Shown one piece after another: positions 34,535 through 46,856 of a stretch of 64,000 nt of DNA. Numbering within the stretch: the first letter of the stretch is position 1; each line of letters starts with the position of its first letter. This DNA comes from Bilabrum cf. latius (taxonomy: Eukaryota). A program made the translations under genes and the position numbers. The notes below the pieces were generated by a model, which saw only the letters and a program-made list of their open reading frames with translations, did not search any database and was not told the origin of the DNA. Location of the stretch: the NCBI GenBank assembly GCA_965178125.1, contig OZ237735.1, positions 1,488,001-1,552,000 of the forward strand, in the 5' to 3' direction.

Positions 34535-37500
34535 TCACCGCGAGTCTTCCGTCCCACCGACGGTGTTGCACATGCCGTGTACTGTAGCGGCACCACCAGC
34601 CTGTGCGTCTGTGGGCTGCACACACGCTGTAGCCGGGGATGTAGCATCCTCATGGCAGTCTCCATCTCCCGTGGTGACCCGCGCGCGCCACACCACCACC
34701 GCAGCAACTCCGAGTGAGGCCACTGCCACGAGAACAGACCCAACGGTGATTGCCAGGAGCGCAGGCGATGCACTCATCGCATCCATAGGGCCATCTGCAG
34801 ACCGCCCGCGCCCACTGGAGGAGTCCTCAGGTACACCATCTCCATTGGACTCCATATCCACAGGGCTTCTCTTGAGCTAAGACTCTGACACGAAGCGCAG
34901 GTCTGCCGGCGCGCCTGTAGGTCCGAAGCCAAGGTCGGCAGCCAGCCCCTTCGGAGAAGACACGTAGTCAGACAAGGCCGCAACAACGCGAGTTTCCAGC
35001 GCACCAGGAATCACAGAGATCCCCAGTTGCCCCTCTTCTGCATCTAGATTCACGAACAGCGACACGGCTTCATGCAGGGCCTGGTCAGAGTCAGCCAGTA
35101 CTGACCGAAGCAGCGACTGCGCCGCCACTCGCACGGCCTCGAGCTGGGGCGTGTCTCCGCCAGTGGCGTTCGTGACGCTGCTGGCAGCTGCTGCAGCCTC
35201 AACACCGAGCACGAGCGGGTCAATCTCGGCAGTAATCGTTGCTGCAGGAGGCAGCAGCAATCGCGTCGATGCGCCGACGCCTCCACCACGACCATGTAGC
35301 AGCCCCGCATCCATGTCAGTCACCCCATTGCGCAGGGCCCTCCGCCCTCCCTCCCCGCTGTCGGTCGGTAGGTCCAGCTGGGCAGGGCACACGCCAGTTT
35401 CCACCCCAGTGCGAACATCCACGCGCGCTCCGAACGAGTTCCAGCCGCCCTCTCCGTCCGAGTCAAACAGCTGGAAGCGGACGTCCTGGCTGCTGGGCAG
35501 CTCGGTGGCTGGTATGACAACCACCGTCTCGTTGCAGTTAGAAATCTCGATCGACGCCGCATAGTTCACGTTCGACCGTCGGACTTCCTAGAGAACAAAC
35601 GTGCGCGAGATAGGTGCTCGTGCCTCGTCCTCGCAGTACACCACCCGGAGACCCACGCTCCCGTCGCACAGCCGGTTCTGTCCCGTGATGGTCTCCAGGC
35701 GTGCTCTGTAGCCTGTGTAGCGATAGTTCTCGATGGGGTACCCGCCTGCCACCTGGGCGGCCTCAAAGTCCTCCACGGAGCTCCTGCCGATGTTGATCTC
35801 ATTGCCACGGACCCAGCCGCGCACACGGTCCCAGTAGAAGAGCCCGAATCGCACATCCTGGTCCGGAAACTGGCCCAGGTTTAGCCACTTCTCCTCGCCG
35901 TCTTGCAAGGTCACGCCCTTACTGAAGCGAATGTCACTGCGCCGCGTTTCTTGGATTAAGAACCGCCTGGGCTCCCCTCCTACCCAGTGCTGGAATGCCA
36001 CGCGCACAATTACGTCGCCATCAGCCACAGGAAGCTGAGTTCCAGTAGTAGGGTCCGTGCTAGTAAGTCCAGAGTTCAATCCCGCGCGACGTGTGTTCCA
36101 CACGGCCATGATACGGCCCTGGAGTCCAGTAGAAGCGTCGTAGTGCCCCCCGCGCCCGATGACCACCGAGGCGTCATCGCTTCCGTCCGAATCGTCAAAA
36201 AGGTCCATGCAGGTCCTCCGGATGTTAATGTCGTTCGACTTCCGCCAGTCCCCTTTTCCTTCCTCGTGGTACAGAGTGAAGCGAATGTCCTGATCCGGGA
36301 AGGTGCCAAAATCGAGATCAACGCTCTAGCCGTTCCGTAGAGATACTGTGCGGGCGAAACCAATGCTGCTGCGTCGGGTCTCTCGGATCAGGAACGTGCT
36401 TGATTGACCCTCTCCGCAGCGATGCTCGTCCCAAAACCTCACAGTCACGTGCACCCTGCAGCCCGAGGCTCGTTTGTCTCCAAACATGCCTTCGATCCGG
36501 CCTTTAGGGCCCGTGGACATCGTTGTGTTGCGTGGCATGCCAATCGGAACAGCCGATTCGAATTTCTCCAGCTACTGTGTACCAATGTCTACGGTTGGGC
36601 CCTGCTTCCAGTCGCCTCGGCCCTCGAATCGCTCGTGGAACAGTCCAAATCGCAGGTCTTGGCTGGGGAACTGGCCCAAGTTTACCACGGCTCGCTGGCC
36701 GTTTTCAATGGTGATCTCCATGGCAAATGGGATGTTGCTCCTGCGGATTTCCCTGATGACGAAGCGGTCAGTTGCGGGGCCACCAGGAACATAATAGTCT
36801 ACCTGGAGAAGAACATCGCCGTTCGAGTCCCGCAGTCGGCCAAGCACTGACGCCATGCTTCCTCCCCGCGGGGTTACCTTGTCGGTGCTCGCAGTCGACA
36901 CAACGTTTAGCGGCTCGAACGTAGGCGCGCATTGCCTGCTTACATCTACCTGGTCCGACCGCAGCCATCCGCCGCTGCCATCCGGACAGTACAGGGTGAA
37001 ACGGACGTCCTGATCCGGAAACAGGCCGAGGTTAAGGCGCGACACGCTTCCGTGGGGCACCACCACTGAGCGGGCAAAATCGATGTTGCTCCTGCGGGTC
37101 TCTCGGACCAGGAACGTCTGCTGGGCTGGGCACTCAACTTGATCAACCGCACCCTGGCACACGTATCGAACATCCATGACGACGCCACAGCTTTCGTTCC
37201 TCTGGCGGAGGTCGAACGCGTTCTTCATGTCGCCGCGCAGGCCTGTGACCTGCACCGATCTCTTGGGATACCCGGGCATGACTTCAGCCTGGATGAACGA
37301 CTCAACGCAGCGAGTCCGCAGTTCAACGGTGTTAGACGACCGCCAACGCGCATCGCTTGCGGCTGGCCTGTCCGCAGGCAAAGCATCACCCTGGGACAGT
37401 TGTAGGTAGGACAATCTGAACCTCAGGTCGATGCTTGGGAACTCACCAAACAGGAAGCGATACTCAAAGTGGTTGCGAGCCTTGAACACGTACGAGAACT

Positions 37501-40500
37501 GCACGCTACTCCTCCGAACCTCCTCGATCTTGAACCACGCTTCTTCGCCTTCTTCGCGCGAGTTATCGCTGTACCGCACCTCTAGCTCTGCTTCGCACTG
37601 CCCGTTGCGGCGCTGATCAGTGAAGCCGTCCTGCAGCCGACCCTGACGGCCAGTCGCACCGTCCACTCTCCGACGCGGGTAACCGTCCATAACGTAGGTC
37701 GCGCACACGCGATCAGACCTGGGGCCAAGTTCCCTGCACCCGAAGACCTCATACTCGTCGTATCCGCACTGGGTGCAGTCCTGGCACTGTCTGTCCATGA
37801 AGTGCGCAGCCGGGGTGCCGTAGCCAGCATCGCTCGGGTTCTCGGCCCTGCAGGCGCGTGACTCATACTGCTCTGAATCGCACGCACTGCACTGCATGCA
37901 CCACTCAGAAGCCTGCAGAACGAACGCGTCATAGGAATCTTGCTCGCACGTGGGGTTCTTGAAGCTGTCAGCCGCGGCACATGGTGCGCAGAAGCACCGC
38001 GTGGACACCTCGATCGGTAGAATCTCAAACGACTCCCCTTCTGACGGCTAGACAGAGCCAAAGCACGACTCGTGCAATGAAAGAAGGTTGTCCGGGTCAA
38101 CGATGGCGCCACCAAGGCAACCGGGTCCTTCGAGCACCTGATTGACGGTGATGGTGCCTGCCTCTCCCAGGGCAAGGTGGGGTGAGTTCAAAGTGACAGT
38201 CTAGCCACCATTGCTTCCATCGATTCCCAGCACCGCTACAGCAGGAGAATCCGTAGAGAAGGACGAACTGCTTCCAACGACGCGGAAAAAACGCACAGCG
38301 TCGGGGTGGCTAGGCTCGGTAGTCTCGCGTGCACCGCTTCCCTCGGCTGCCCAGGTGATCTCTACAACTGTACCACATCCGGCATCGCGATGTAGCTCCG
38401 AAGTCTCCGAGCCGGAGAACTTTGAATGCGTAACTAGCACTGCTGATGCTGCGGGCGCGGCGCTTGAAGCAGCCGTCCTTTCGCTCACCAAAAAGTTGTT
38501 CTCCCCCTCAGGCGGTGCGGAAGTTTCCGTCTGGTCTAGCTTGTAGCACGATTGAGGCATCGACGGCCCGCAAGACCCGTACGCAACGTAACCGGCTGGG
38601 CAGCTGACTTCGGGGCAGCGAATGGTCACCCTTACCTGGCCCTCGTTCGACACGAGGCCCTCGCCACGATCAGCGCGGTCTCTGGCACTCACCGTAATAG
38701 TCACCTGATACTCACCCAGGGTATTGTCAAGCAGATCCGGGCGGAGAATACGGACGGTTGGATCGGTCTCCGGGGCAAATCCGAATGCTTCGCAGTCATC
38801 ATCCTCCGGTTCGCACAGAACCTCGTACCAGAAGGTCGAATCAGGCACGTCTGGATCAGCAACTACAAGTGCTGGACCGCTGATCGCAGTTCCCAGCTCG
38901 GCATTCTTGGCAATCACTCGCGCTGCATCGCTGGTAGACGGGGGACCAACCAGTGTAGGCGGCTCGTTCAGGTCCTGTACGTAGATGCGGACTTCCACTG
39001 TGGTGAACTCCCCAGTCGAGTCCACGACGCTGACGTACCACTGCTCGTAGCTCATAGAAGAGGCTTCCTTGTCGATGCTGGGGCCAGAGTACAGCACCCT
39101 TCCGTCGGCAGATACGTCAAACTCACCAAAGATCCTCTCTGAAGATTGGAGCGTTGACGGGTAGTTCAAGGTCAGAAGGCCCTAGTCTGCTGCATCAGGG
39201 TCCGAAAAGGTAATGGTGTCGCCTTCTAAAGCTAGATCTGTCACATCTCCGAGGTTCTCATTGATGAAAACGTTGAACGCAGGACGGTCAAAAGTGGGCG
39301 GCTCGTTCACATCAACAGCCAGGATCGGGCCCACAGTCTGGGAATCGAGGTTGCCGGCCGTATCCACTGCTTGGACAGTGCATGAACCTGGCGTGTAAGA
39401 CTCGAAGTCCAGAGGTTGCAAGCTAGCAAGGTTGATCTATTCAGAAGTGCTTCCTGCTTGGATCTCCACAGTAAGCCCACCAGAGCATTGCACAGACACA
39501 CCGTCGATCCCAAGGGCAGCGTCTGCAGCATCGGGGTCCACAAGTGAAAAGGATGAGAACACGAATGCGCCCTCAGCATTCTCTGGGATGGCAGCCCGGG
39601 ATATCCCGGTTAGGACAGGGGACTCTTGAATGTCTTGCAGCGCGATCGTGACGTCGCGCTCGTCGAACAGTTGAGAACCATCGGTAGCCCTCAGTCGCAG
39701 CGTCATCACTCGCAAGGCATCTGGCGCCTCAAAGTCAAGGCCTCCAAGGGGACCGACCGAGACTTGCCCTGTGGTTTCATCGATCGTGAAGAACGGGGCA
39801 CCAGATCCTCCGCTGATGCTCCAAGCCAAGACATCTCCGGCATCAGGATCTATGGCAGCCTGCAGGTCTCCTGCCAGCGGCGTGCCAGGGGTGGCATGCT
39901 CCAGCACAGTATAGCTGCTCGACACTTCATCCAAAATGGTTGGAGGTTCTGGCACGTCAATCACGTTCACAGTGATGGTCGTTGAGGCAGAAAGAAGGCG
40001 GCGGCGACCAGAGTCTACGAGCCCTCCATCAGTTCCGTCATCAACGACTACATCAAATGAATAGGAATTCTTGGCCTCGAAGTCGATTGAAACTCCCTAC
40101 GCAAGATAAATGGAGGCCTGCTGGTTCTCAACTGGGGATGCTATCGGCGAAATCTCGAAGAAAGCAGCGTCAAGACCACTCAATGAGAACGTCAGATCCC
40201 CTGCCGCCCCTTGGTCTGGATCATACGCAACCACCACACCGACGAGAGAGCCACTCGGCGTGTTCTCAGCAACAGTTGTGATGGTACCACCGCTCTGCAA
40301 TGCGACGTTCTGCGGAGCCTCGTTCTCGTCCAGCACGCGAACATTGCGAACAGCTGCTGTCACTGCCAGCCCCGTGTTGTCCTCACAGCGAACGGACACG
40401 GACACGACTCCCTGGCCGTTCAATCCCATAGACGCATCCTCCCTGTCCAAAACAACAGCGGTGCGCAGCTCCCAGCTCCCAATTCCACCCACGGAAAGCC

Positions 40501-43500
40501 CTGCAATGCTCGAGTCAGACGCAGGGGTGAGCGATACGAAACCGTTCGAATCTACTGTGCTACCGGCGACCGGGACAATCGAAAAGTATGACGATTGGGC
40601 ACCCTCGACTGCACACTTGATGCTTGCCCCTGCATCCTGGTCGTATATTGACAAGGTGCCACCGAATACCAGCGTTCCTGCAGCACGATTCTCAGCGATG
40701 CTCATGTCCTGCGTGGTGACATCTACCTCCACCGGAGCTTCAGGGGAGTCCAAGATCTCGACCTCGACCGGGACGAATGCGGTGTACGGCTGCCCACCTA
40801 CGAAGTGTTTCACGTTGAATGTGGTCTAGTAGATCTTGCTGCCAGTAGTTTGGCTCGAAAGATCCGTGCCGGGGCGAACAGCCTCGAAGTCGTCCGACAG
40901 GAGACTCAAAGCAAGATTGGAGGCCTGAGACTGCAGCTCGTCAGTCCAACCCTATACCTTGACGAAGATGGGCCCAGAAATATCCTTGTCTTGCACTGCT
41001 GCCTGCCACAGATTCCCGTTGACAGGGTCAGCAGCTGCGTTGTCTCGCGGCGGTGCAGGCGAGTAGGTCGCAAGTCCCGACACGGTAGGCGGCGCGCCCG
41101 AATTTTCAGTAAACGTGAAGCGAGCGCCGGGCAGTTTGAAGTGCGCGGATTCTACGGTGTCCTCCATCCACACAGTGACGTCGAGGCTCGCGGGGCTTGC
41201 CTCGCAGGTGGCCGACAGCTCCGCCCCGGCTGCACACGGTGTACCTGGCAGCCCATCGTCAACTACAACCCGAACGCGCATGGCTGCCCTAGCACGACCT
41301 CCCGTCACATCAGGCTCAAAGCTGGGATCAATACGTTCTGCTGCCGAGCACATGGGCTCAAAGTCCCAATACTGCAGCTCAGGGCTGCCGGGCTCGTACA
41401 CGTCCACAAGCCCAACTTGCTCTGCTCCCGAAACCTCCGAGACGCCGGGGTGACCAATCTGTGCCGCGAGGCCCAAGCCCTGCGCAATAGCGGCCGTAGA
41501 AAGCGGGGACAAGCGATACTTGACCTCGGTAGATGATCCGTCGCGAGTGGAACTAAACTCGGTGCCTAGCCAGCTGCTGGATTGACCTGCCTGTGGTAGG
41601 ACGGACCCTTCCGCCAACACTCTGGTAGAGGAGGGACTGACAGAGAGCTCAGGTTCAGTGTAGCAGACCAACTCTTCAGGTCTAATGGGCTACTCGGGGC
41701 TGGCCTGGTACGTGCCCGGCCTGCACTTGCACTGTTCGTGCCCCGGCCTCATCTGGCTACCCTGCACTGACATGGCGAAGATGGCGCCGACGGATCCTCC
41801 TCGAAACCTTGCGCCTACAAACAGAGTGCGCGCCCCGCTCGCGTGCGATGATGGGGCAAGAACACTCGCAACAGCGCTTCCGAACACATCTGAATCTCCG
41901 TATGTGGACGGAGGCAAGCCGTTGACACCGTTCGCCACTTGGGTGAACGAGGACACCTGGCGCGAGTCGCGGTCCAGCACGCACAGGAACAGCATCTCGG
42001 CTCCGGTCGTGAAGTCCGCCACAGAAATGACCAGATCCATAGGAGCCTGGCCGTCCAAATCGATGGCTGCCACTGCGGCTCCAAAGCCCTGGGAAGGCAG
42101 CGACTGGGCGGGAATACCTCCCTGGCCAATGCCAATCGTCTGCGACCACAGCACGGTACCATCAGCAAGGAGGCCAAGAATGAGCACGACGTCAGCACCG
42201 GCATGGGCTCCGCCGCCAATTGCAAGGGCGTTGGTTCCGTCACCCCAGGGACCCAGCCAGGTGATGGTGTATCCGATCTGGTTCCTTGCAGGCAGTGTGC
42301 CTGCCGGCAATCCACCGGCTGGACTCGTGATAGTAACGGCATGCGTAAACGTGAATTCATCGTTCGGATCGGCAAAGACAACTGCTACTCCACCCATGAG
42401 GTCATCTTCCGAATCAGCGCCAAGGATTGCGTCTGGAGCACCATCGCCGTTGACGTCTGCACTGGCCACAGAAATGCCGATTCGGCCACCAACTGTAAGA
42501 TCATTTCCGGCTAAAGCCTGTAGATCTGTTCCAGAGTGCTTTACCGATCTTGCAAACGAACCATCAGGTGCCAAGAGCAGGTCAAAGAGGTGGCTGCCAG
42601 TCAGCTGAGTCACGAGAAGACGGACTCCCAACACGTCGGGCTGCCCAGGCAACGACTCAAACCCAACCACAGCAATGCCGTGGCCCCACCACATTCCAGG
42701 AGTCGGGAGTGGGTGGCCGTAACCCGCGGACGTGGGGCTGAACGTTATAGTCCGCTTGACAGAGTGGTCTGCGTTCATCAACATGATGTACACAAGGTTC
42801 TGGCGCGGTGCGGATGCTGCAAGGTCGGCGACACCGTTACCGTCCCAATCCCCGATGCTAATCATGGAAACACCGAGCTATCCGTTTGGAGGGACGAGGT
42901 TTGCAGGTACCCCGTTCAAGCCATTCGCGAGCTCCTTGACGGAGAGTACTGTCCCCGTGCTCGGCGGCGGCGAGTTTTGCGGTTCGTCCGGCAAAATCTG
43001 AGCTTTGGTTGTGCATGTCTTGCAGAGAGTCGTCGCACCGGGCAATGCGTGTCGCAGCCACATGTCTCCAGGTAGCTCAGCGGCGCAGGACTTGCACGTC
43101 GTTTGCCCAGGCTGATCCTGGTAGCTGTCTGTGGGGCAGGGCAGACAGTGCAGCCCATCCGTTGCAGCAAACGTGCCAGCAGGACACGTTCTGCACACGC
43201 CCTGCTGGAAAGCATCTCCAGAACCGCACGTGATTTCGAACGAAATTCTGGCGTTGTACGACTGCCTCGCCCCAGAGACAGAGTCACCGTTTCCGTCCAA
43301 GCCTAGGACGACCACAGTCACGCTGTATCTACCAGGCTGAAGAGGTGTCTGTCCGACCTGCAGCACGATGCCATGCTACTGATCGTACGACGCTGATACG
43401 AGGCTGGTGTCTAGCGCTGTCTGAGTCTAGGACGATGTCGCGATCGCAGCCGGTCCTATCGCCGAGACAGAAACCTCGTCCTCCTGCATCGTGACCCCCG

Positions 43501-45950
43501 TCTGAATCGAGTAGCCTGCTTGCCCGTCAGTCAGAATTTGCGACTACCAAGTGCCTGGCACATCGAAGTCGAAAGTCCTTGTTTCATCAGCAAGAGCCTA
43601 CACAACTTCCATGGGCGGGTTGGTGTAGAACGGCGGCTCCACCACGTTGGTCACCTGCACGCTGAACTTCTCCACATCAACACCAATGTTGTCTCGTGCC
43701 ACCACACCGATGGTAAACGTCGCATCGGGTCGGTCTTGCACTACTTCGTCGTAGTCGAACGGCAGGTTTGCTGACAGTGCCCCGGTAATCGGGTCCATCG
43801 AGAAGAGCTCGGAGTCTGGGTAATCATCGAGGATGAACACCATGGTGTTACTGGCTGGATCCTTGCTGGCTAGCTTCACAATGGATAGAAGATCTACCTC
43901 GCCTTCGCGCAGGGTAAGCACAGTTCCAGCTCTGGGGTAGGAGATGACCGGCGGCTATCCGCTGAATTCGCACAGGTCACCCCCCCGGAACGACATGGGG
44001 GAGAGAGACAGCGCAGTGGGCACGCGGTCCTCTCCATTGTCCAAGGTACCTCCCACTACCTCAGTGCTTATGCCCCGGCCAAGTTGGCCCAGCATTGGGA
44101 TGCTCCCGAATTGATACCTCCTGCCATCGCATCCGAAGCACATGACGTCTCCACCAAGTGGGGACAGCCCGTCGATGATCGCGCAAACTGAACACCCGGC
44201 ACCGTGAATTGAAGTAATTTTCTGGCTGGTTTGCATGATGTCGGTGACCTGCACAGAGGTGTGTGCATATCCATCCATTGAAGTCCACCCGCGAACGTTA
44301 GTACCGCGTGGCAAGACTCGGAACGCGGATTGGTACCCGCCGTTGTTGTCATACTCCTGGCCACCCCTGGAGCAGTACATCCGGTTTAGCCCGTCCGCAT
44401 CTCCAGTATCAGTAGCCACGCAGAATCCACCCGCCATCACGGCGATGCCAACTGGTGCCCCGCTGATGGTTGATTGGTATCTGTTTGCGCTGTTGCGCGG
44501 GTCAAACCACACAGGATAGAATGGGTTCCGAGATCTGTCAAGAAATAGCTCGTACTACGGATACAGGAAAACTCCCCAGCATACCACTGTAGTCGTTGCT
44601 GTGCCAGAGGGAACGTCAGTGTCCGAGAGGGCCATGCAATACCGGGTCCGGTCAGCGCCGATGGCTCGCTTCACACCGAGAGTATAGTAGTTTGCAGCCG
44701 ACCAGTACCCGGCCGCCCATGCTGCTGGATTGTTCTCGCGAGCACCGAAACAGAGTATGGCGTTATTAGTGTGGATGGCGCATGCTCCGTTCGTTCCAAT
44801 GGCAAGCTATTGAGGACCCTGCCCGACTAGCACGCCGTACCTCAGATTCGCAATCTCGCCTCCCAACGAGTGCGTGGGATTCCCCCAGCCCTGGATCAGG
44901 CCAGAGTGACCGAACATTGCGATTCCTCCCCAGCACTCTACGTTGGAGCCAGAGTTAACGAATGCGTCCAGCTGTACTCGGTCCTCTAGCACTACGCAAA
45001 ACTGGTTCACACCTGCGTACAGCTGGACCGCCTTGACGCTGTGGTGGGGTGCCCCGCCCGCCATATTCTAGGCTCGGCTGGTTGAAGGGCCATAGCCAAA
45101 AGCCCTCGGGGCGTCATTAGGCGACAAGATGTCGCTGCCGTTTGCGTACGGGAGGTAAGCGCCGGCACCCCAGCACCGGACGGAGCCGGTGCTCGTGAGC
45201 AGGCACTGCGCTGCATTTGCCTCGATCTCAGAGGTCAATCCGACTACCTGAATGACGTGTCCTTCGTCGGCGTCCGGGGTGAACTGCATTGGTGGTACCG
45301 CAGACGCATCGGGGAGGCGGTTCCCTTGGCGGAGGGTCTCCACTTCCTCGTCGCCGTACCCGCAGAGACCGTCCAGACACTGCCCCCAGCACCAGAACTA
45401 TCCTTCTGTCGAGGTAGTGCATGATGCACCGCTCACACCCACATGCACAGATGCAATGGGGCATTGTGAACCAGTGAACTACACGTTGACCGTCGTTGTT
45501 ACCGCAATTGCAGCCCCTTGTTCATCTAGAGAGGTTGCTTGGACCGTCAGCTGAGCGGCTGCTTGGCGATGGCTGCTACCCTTGCGATGGATCCGACCGG
45601 TCGATTCGTCGATCTCGAACCCTTGTGAGTCCGGCCTGCACTACATAGCAGCTCTTAAAATGCACTGTTTTATATCTATCAAACAGGAACAATCACGAAT
45701 GGATGCCAGAGAGACAAATACAGTGCGCCACTACGGCGAGCTGAGTTCCTCACCCCCATGCTGCGCCCTCAGTTATGCTGTACACAACGGTTCCAGAGCC
45801 ACCCTCTGCATGAACCTGACCAATATAGGTCCTGTCATCGTAAATTTTTGCTTCAAAGCTGTAAGGATCTCTACGAAAGACCAGTTCGCCGACAGCGAGA
45901 CTTCCCGTAATCAAGAACAGAGTCATTAATCCTTGAGAACAGAATCGCAT
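34535..45950 (-). CDS. Giant type-I membrane surface protein: signal peptide, cadherin-like repeats, RCC1/BLIP-II-like repeats, Cys-rich ephrin-receptor-like unit, FG-GAP repeats, TNFR-like Cys-rich region, 6x unrecognised repeat, TM helix; exons 45950-45754 and 45635-34535; ~3,765 aa; ~23 internal TAG
   Basis: All ORF-track fragments from 34535 to 45343 share one frame, separated only by TAG. Cadherin motifs FEIDESTGRI, PFDYDE, LDFE, DVNEPP, DPDAG; RCC1-like GSVRCWG, VECWG, GQLGRG; FG-GAP GDWDGNGVADLAASAP, ADVNGDGAPDAILGA; TM ALLAITVGSVLVAVASLGVAAVVVW. Ends TGA 34535. Confidence 0.85.
35390..37690 (-). repeat. Six tandem ~120-140 aa protein repeats, consensus F(L/V)(I/V)xE(T/V/I)RRSx(I/V)xF...LxLGxFPxQD(V/L/I)RFxL(Y/F)...W
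   Basis: RRS cores near 37510, 37090, 36740, 36370, 35940 and 35577, spaced ~350-430 nt apart. Confidence 0.85.
45636..45753 (-). other. Spliceosomal intron (118 nt, phase 2) in giant cadherin gene
   Basis: TGG GG|GTGAGG...GTAGTGCAG|G CCG joins the two halves of the first cadherin-like domain. Confidence 0.8.
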
Positions 45951-46856
45951 ACCGAACTTCTGCGAAGATTAGAGACTTACAGAACAAACCTGGATGTCAA
46001 GAGGTGCAATACGGACCACAGATTGAGAAAACGGGGGTTCAGGTGATGATTGCCAGTTGACAGGGCTCCAAGAGGGATCGATCCACAGCACACAGCGAAA
46101 GAAGGGATTCGTAGAGGATACAGTCGATCATGCAGCATAAATCGATTGTAGTGCATAATAATCCATCGGCCCAGATGGATCCAGGTAGTAGTCTTGGGGT
46201 GGAACTAGGCATGGGCGGAAGATGGGTCAAGCAATGAACGCTAGAACCAGGCAACAGCTCGCAGTCAATGTGATTTGACCCTTCGCAAACTGCATTAAGG
46301 CTCACAAAACGACTTGCTCCCTCAATAATCGCAAACAGAAGTCTGCAATTCGAAGATATGAGCCGTTCTTGTGTGGGCGCCGTTCCAATCTAGGTAATTC
46401 AGAATATGCTGTCTTGAAACGGCACCCTACAGTCATTGTGCGGAATTTGCGCCGGGCGATCCGAGAGGACTTTGCCAGCCTGGCTGTAGGGGCAGCCGAA
46501 AACAACAACCTCGCCGTGGCGATCGCCAACGTCAAGGCAGGGTTGGCTCAGAACGGGCAGCAGGACGGGGTGCCGGCAGCGGGCGCCGGAGGGAACGTGA
46601 ATGCTGACGCTCCCCATGGGGAAATGGGTCCCCAGGGTGGAGCTTAGGTGGTTTAGGCCATTGCAGCTGAAGCGTGAAGTCTGGTAGGTCCCGGGCCCTC
46701 GTTCCAGATGTTTCTTCGTGATAGCGTGCGCTTTTGAGTTGAGTCCACAAAATATCAGATCCCCCCGGAATTTGCGCCTCGCAACAGATCCCACCATACG
46801 AGACGGCGTATCCAACAATATACCCAGGCACGCATCGATACATCCAAGCCCTTCTC

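Noticed and set aside
46279-46677. Plus-strand open frame (includes ORF 46369-46647, extended through 2 TAGs to TGA) in the largest intergenic gap
   Set aside because: Composition is coding-like, but I found no upstream ATG or workable splice acceptor and no recognisable motif. It could be a small real gene; not supportable without transcripts.
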